From: Adineta vaga | Taxonomy: Eukaryota; Animalia; Rotifera | Reading direction: 5' to 3' | NCBI GenBank assembly: GCA_021613535.1 | Contig: CP075496.1 | Coordinates: 9,300,001-9,364,000 of the forward strand | Length of the DNA: 64,000 bases | Part shown: positions 59,900 through 64,000 of the stretch, one piece after another | Layout of the letters: the number at the start of each line of letters is the position of its first letter | Numbering within the stretch: position 1 is the stretch's first letter | Translations under genes and position numbers: made by a program | The notes under the pieces: model-generated | What the model was told of the DNA's origin: nothing | Databases searched by the model: none | The model's input: the letters and a program-made list of their open reading frames with translations, nothing else

Positions 59900-61478
59900 A
59901 GGTTTTTTTATTCACTTTTATTCGTATTCACAAAGCAAATCAATCTAAATGAATAGATATAAAGAATATAAAATATATAATATTTTGGATTTTTTGCACA
60001 CTATATCAATTCTGTACTTATTTTATCAATCGAAACTCGGTTTATTTCGAAAAGAAGCAATAAACACATCAATCATTTGTCAATATGTGGGTTTAGTTTA
60101 TCTTTCTATTTCATTCTGTTTTTTTTATTCCATTCTTCTTTGACGCAAACATTAACAAGAGAAAAATCATTGGTTACGTTTGAGTCAAATCCTATCACAG
60201 TAACTATGATAAGGATGTGAATGAATATTAATTTTTCATTACCTTACACGTTGAACAGATTGTATCTATGAAATGATTTTTACCTAGAATTAATTATATC
60301 TGCTCTGTGTTGAGATGTCGCTTATATGATATAACAAAAAAATAGAAATAAAACTATATATCGGTGTGAATGATAATATTATTCATCTTTTCAAAGGTTC
60401 TACGTATAATTTGTATATTTATAAAATGAAACCATAAATTCAGATTGATGCAGTATTTATTCTATCGTTATCGAAAAGAAAAAAAACGTACTTCTTCGTA
60501 CTTCTTCGTACTTCTGAAGGATAGAGTGTAGATGGAGCTACTATTGAAATTGAATTCTTGTATATCATCAGGTATACGCATGTATCTTTTCTTTAGTAAC
60601 TTTAAAAAGATCTTTAATTAAAAATTGCATGCCGACAAAGATGTTGTACTTGAATTACTACAGATTAATGTTCCTAAAATATTTTTGAGGGTGTTGGTGT
60701 GGGTATATCTTCTTCACTATATTACCCATAACCACACTCACACCCAACGAATGTGGAAAAGAGCTAAAACACTAAATAAAATTGCTGGAGAAATTTTTTT
60801 ATTATTGGGCAGTGGTTTTTCTATAGCTGCAGCTGTAATAGAATACACACAAAGATAAATGCTTATGAACACAGAATAGAATTTTTTTTTAATATAAAAA
60901 AGTCTTTCGTCACATGAAAGATCTTATTGTCATAAAGTCGAAAATATGGTCAAATGTTTATATATCATATCAGAAGATGCTTGATATTCATGACTTTTCT
61001 CATTTGAAAGTGTATTAGAGTAAGAATGAATATAATGCATTGCTTATAAAAACTATTAATTTTACTGAAGCTGAAATAACTCTATTGAAGTGTGTGGCAC
61101 ATGTCAGAATGTTTGTGATTTAAATAACTACGTTTCTATATATCGTTGAAAATGAAGAAAATCCAAATAATATTATTAACCATACGGCGTGCGATATATT
61201 AAAGAGACGAGAACATACGTCTTTTGACATGATAAATATTTGTTCCTTATCTTTGAATAAAATTAGCTTTCAGAAAAAGAATGAAAAAGATAAATGTAAT
61301 ACATAAGAAGCAATTTTTCAAAATTTCTACTCATTTTTTTTATCATTCCACCTGTCGTATGACATTAGGAACCACGCAAGAGCTGATTCATCGATTATCA
61401 GTATAAATTCCAAATACTTACTTAAGTATTATAGATTTAGTCATATTGATCAAATCGAAAAAACAATTTGATATTCAT

Positions 61479-62380
61479 ATGGAAACTTCACGCATAGAAA
61501 TATATAAAAAACGTACTTTTACGTTTTCGAAAATGATTTTTATTGCAATTATTATAATAGCATTTATTACCACAATTACTTCTCGATGGAAGTATGTCTT
61601 CATTTTTACTTCTTTATATGTTTAACACTTGTGTTTATTATCTTATTTAGCACGCAACAAATACCGAAAATTACTTGGAATATAGTTACAAATGATGTCA
61701 GTCAATGTGCATATTTAGAGTGTTCTCATTCTTCAAAATGTACAACAAAAAATGAAACATGTTGTGTTTATATTCTTAAACGTTCACTTGTCTTTTTGCA
61801 CACATTCTTTCGCCATCATAACCTACCGTATGTGATTATCTATGGTACACTTCTTGGTGCTGTACGTAATCGAACTATTATTCCATGGACACGTGATATC
61901 GATATTGGATTTTTCAATTGGACTTATTTACATAACAAAACTATTCGTGATGAATTGTATCGACATGGATTTCATCTATTTTATGTAAGAGAAAATAAGT
62001 ATCTATCAAGAATTCTATCGAATATTCTTTTCATCATATAGACTCTCAATTTAACTCGTTTATGTATACATAAAAATACTACTGATACAAAACTTCTCCT
62101 CACTCAAAAATTTCAATCTAAACCGCCAACTGAAATCTATCATTTACATGCTTATATTGATTTATATTTAGCAAAAAAACAAGCAGAATCGTTAGATCGA
62201 ACGACAAATACTTCAATATATTCAATTGAATTTAGTAAGAAATTTCTTTCACCTATTTCTTTTCAAAAGAACATTACAATTGATAATCAAACATATCCTA
62301 CTGTTGATAATATTGATGAGCATCTCGTGCATTTTTATACAAAAAAATACATGCATGATGTAATACCAAGTCGACCTTGA
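61479..62380 (+). CDS. LicD/fukutin-family nucleotidyltransferase-fold protein, type II membrane, 3 exons
   Basis: N-terminal TM; YGTLLGAVRNRTIIPWTRDIDIG; after intron 61985-62041, RLC...AYIDLY. First intron 61592-61650; stop TGA at 62380. Confidence 0.85.
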
Positions 62381-62557
62381 AAACGTTCTTGTATGAATCA
62401 AACAAATTCAGATCGATAAAACTATTTTAGTTTCTTTACTATAGATTATTTGTAATAAAATGCATCGTTTTTATCTCATTTTGATTACTTGTATTTTTTC
62501 GATAATTACTACATTCAAACATACTCTATAATTATATGTGAAAAGTTCATACATCAT

Positions 62558-63842
62558 TTATTCGTAAAGAATCGTACATTGAATTCCATCATCCTTTTGT
62601 TGTTTTAAATCTTGAAGATCGATATCTAACATACAGTGTTGATGTTCATTTGTTGGACATAAATGTGATGTAAACCACCATTCTGATTCAGGTAATAAAC
62701 CGGGATGATTATCTGTAACACGTACCATCAGACCAGTGCAAACAATAGTCGAATTTGGATCATTAAAATCCATAATTGTTTTATTTTTTGCATCAATAAT
62801 CCATTCAATAACATCGTTGCTTATATTAGGATCTATAATAGGACTTTTAGCATCCAAGGTTTCACGATCAATCTTTTTTATATTCTCTGGACGAACTCGA
62901 CACTGTAATACAAATTGAACATATTTACCATTTTTAACAAATATTTTTTCGTCTGTTGATTCAATTTCTTTCACTTCACTATATCTTGGATGAGATGCAT
63001 AGATAATCGATGGGGTAACATATATTCCTGCACCGTGATTAACTGCCGTAGCTGGTCTTAATCCACTTAATAAAATTGATAGACCATTTGAAAATTTCGT
63101 ACCATGGTAACATATACACCATCCTTTAAATTTCTCATAGAATTGATCAGTTACATAAAAGGAATGCCTTTTCCATCCAACTGGACAATAATATGGATGT
63201 TGGCCACGATCTCGTCCATCTTCAAGATTACCTGTCCAATGCGAATGATCTATATCATAAATACGATTATATTTTGGATATAGATTTATTTCATAACGCA
63301 ACTCTTGTTTTGCAGGCAATTTTTGAATATTACCCATATACATGAATATGACTTTTAATCCAGCTAAATCTTGTATTCTATCTGTTAGTGAGTCATAAAA
63401 AGCTTTAATATTGATTTTTCGCCTAACAGAAAGAAAATCTTTGAAAATCTCTGTAATTACTTTAACACAACCGATCTGTATTTTTCGAATAACGATATCA
63501 TCCGTATTGAATATTTCACAAATTTGTTTTAAAAAGATTTTTGCATCAAATTCATTATAATCTACATCAATGACAAATATTAAATATATTGATGTTAAAT
63601 TAGTATCATTTTGAAACAAATCATCAGACACAGATATGAGTGGCATTTGTGTAATGTGAAAATATTCTTTACACTTTTTGTAATATGTTTCTTCTTCTGG
63701 TGGTATTGATTCTTCAAATGTTTCAATTGTTTCTTCGGAAGACACATCTGAATTATGGTCGGCACAAAATAGAAGAAGGATTATATTAAAAACTTACTTT
63801 GATCATTGGATTTCTGTAAATCAATGTGAGGTAAAGTTTGAT
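62558..63842 (-). CDS. Protein with NEURL4-like / PARP-fold (H-Y-E) ADP-ribosyltransferase domain; 5' end unresolved
   Basis: PYYCPVGWKR, WCICYHGTK..LSILLSGL, HGAGIYVTPSIIYASHPRY, FVLQCRVRP, IEW. An upstream in-frame exon is joined via intron 63797-63748; the true start may lie beyond the window. Confidence 0.8.
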
Positions 63843-64000
63843 CTATAAAAAGTATAACATTGAAAGTTTTAAAGTTTTGAAGTATAAAAAAACTGAAGTA
63901 TGGGATGAGAATTCTCTGAACTAGATTTCTATCATTTACTTCGTTTCGTCAAATTTGTATTTTAAAGAATTCTGAGATTTTTTTTATGATAATAGACAAA

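Noticed and set aside
1-64000. Prokaryotic operon/prophage interpretation or alternative genetic code
   Set aside because: Many canonical spliceosomal introns and metazoan genes are present, and TAA, TAG and TGA all act as stops (TAA ends many genes). No rRNA, tRNA or CRISPR array was recognised.

Overview
AT-rich, gene-dense eukaryotic DNA using the standard code, with short GT-AG introns (mostly 48-62 nt). The gene mix strongly suggests a bdelloid rotifer (Adineta/Rotaria-like); this is inferred from gene content, not proven. It contains several lineage-type 7TM GPCRs, a giant single-exon LDLa/EGF GPCR, F-box/LRR and NHL-repeat proteins, two ADP-ribosyltransferase-fold genes and an SK-type K+ channel. 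It also carries many genes of apparently non-metazoan type: a YHYH protein, beta-lactamase-family hydrolase, PA-M28 aminopeptidase, epimerase-GT47 fusion, DxD glycosyltransferase-like protein, LicD, a bacterial SAM methyltransferase, a bacterial 4TM protein and a phage tail-collar/fibre protein. I rebuilt spliced gene models by hand and found four small genes the ORF track missed: an 8-Cys CS-alpha-beta defensin, an insulin B-chain-only peptide, a low-complexity G/S/N/F/Y peptide and an acidic coiled-coil protein. There is one non-autonomous Helitron and several pseudogenes. The strongest candidate for a novel system is the intron-containing, membrane-anchored phage tail-fibre protein, which sits among surface-anchored foreign enzymes and immune-like effectors. 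No database searches were run; family calls come from motif recognition.
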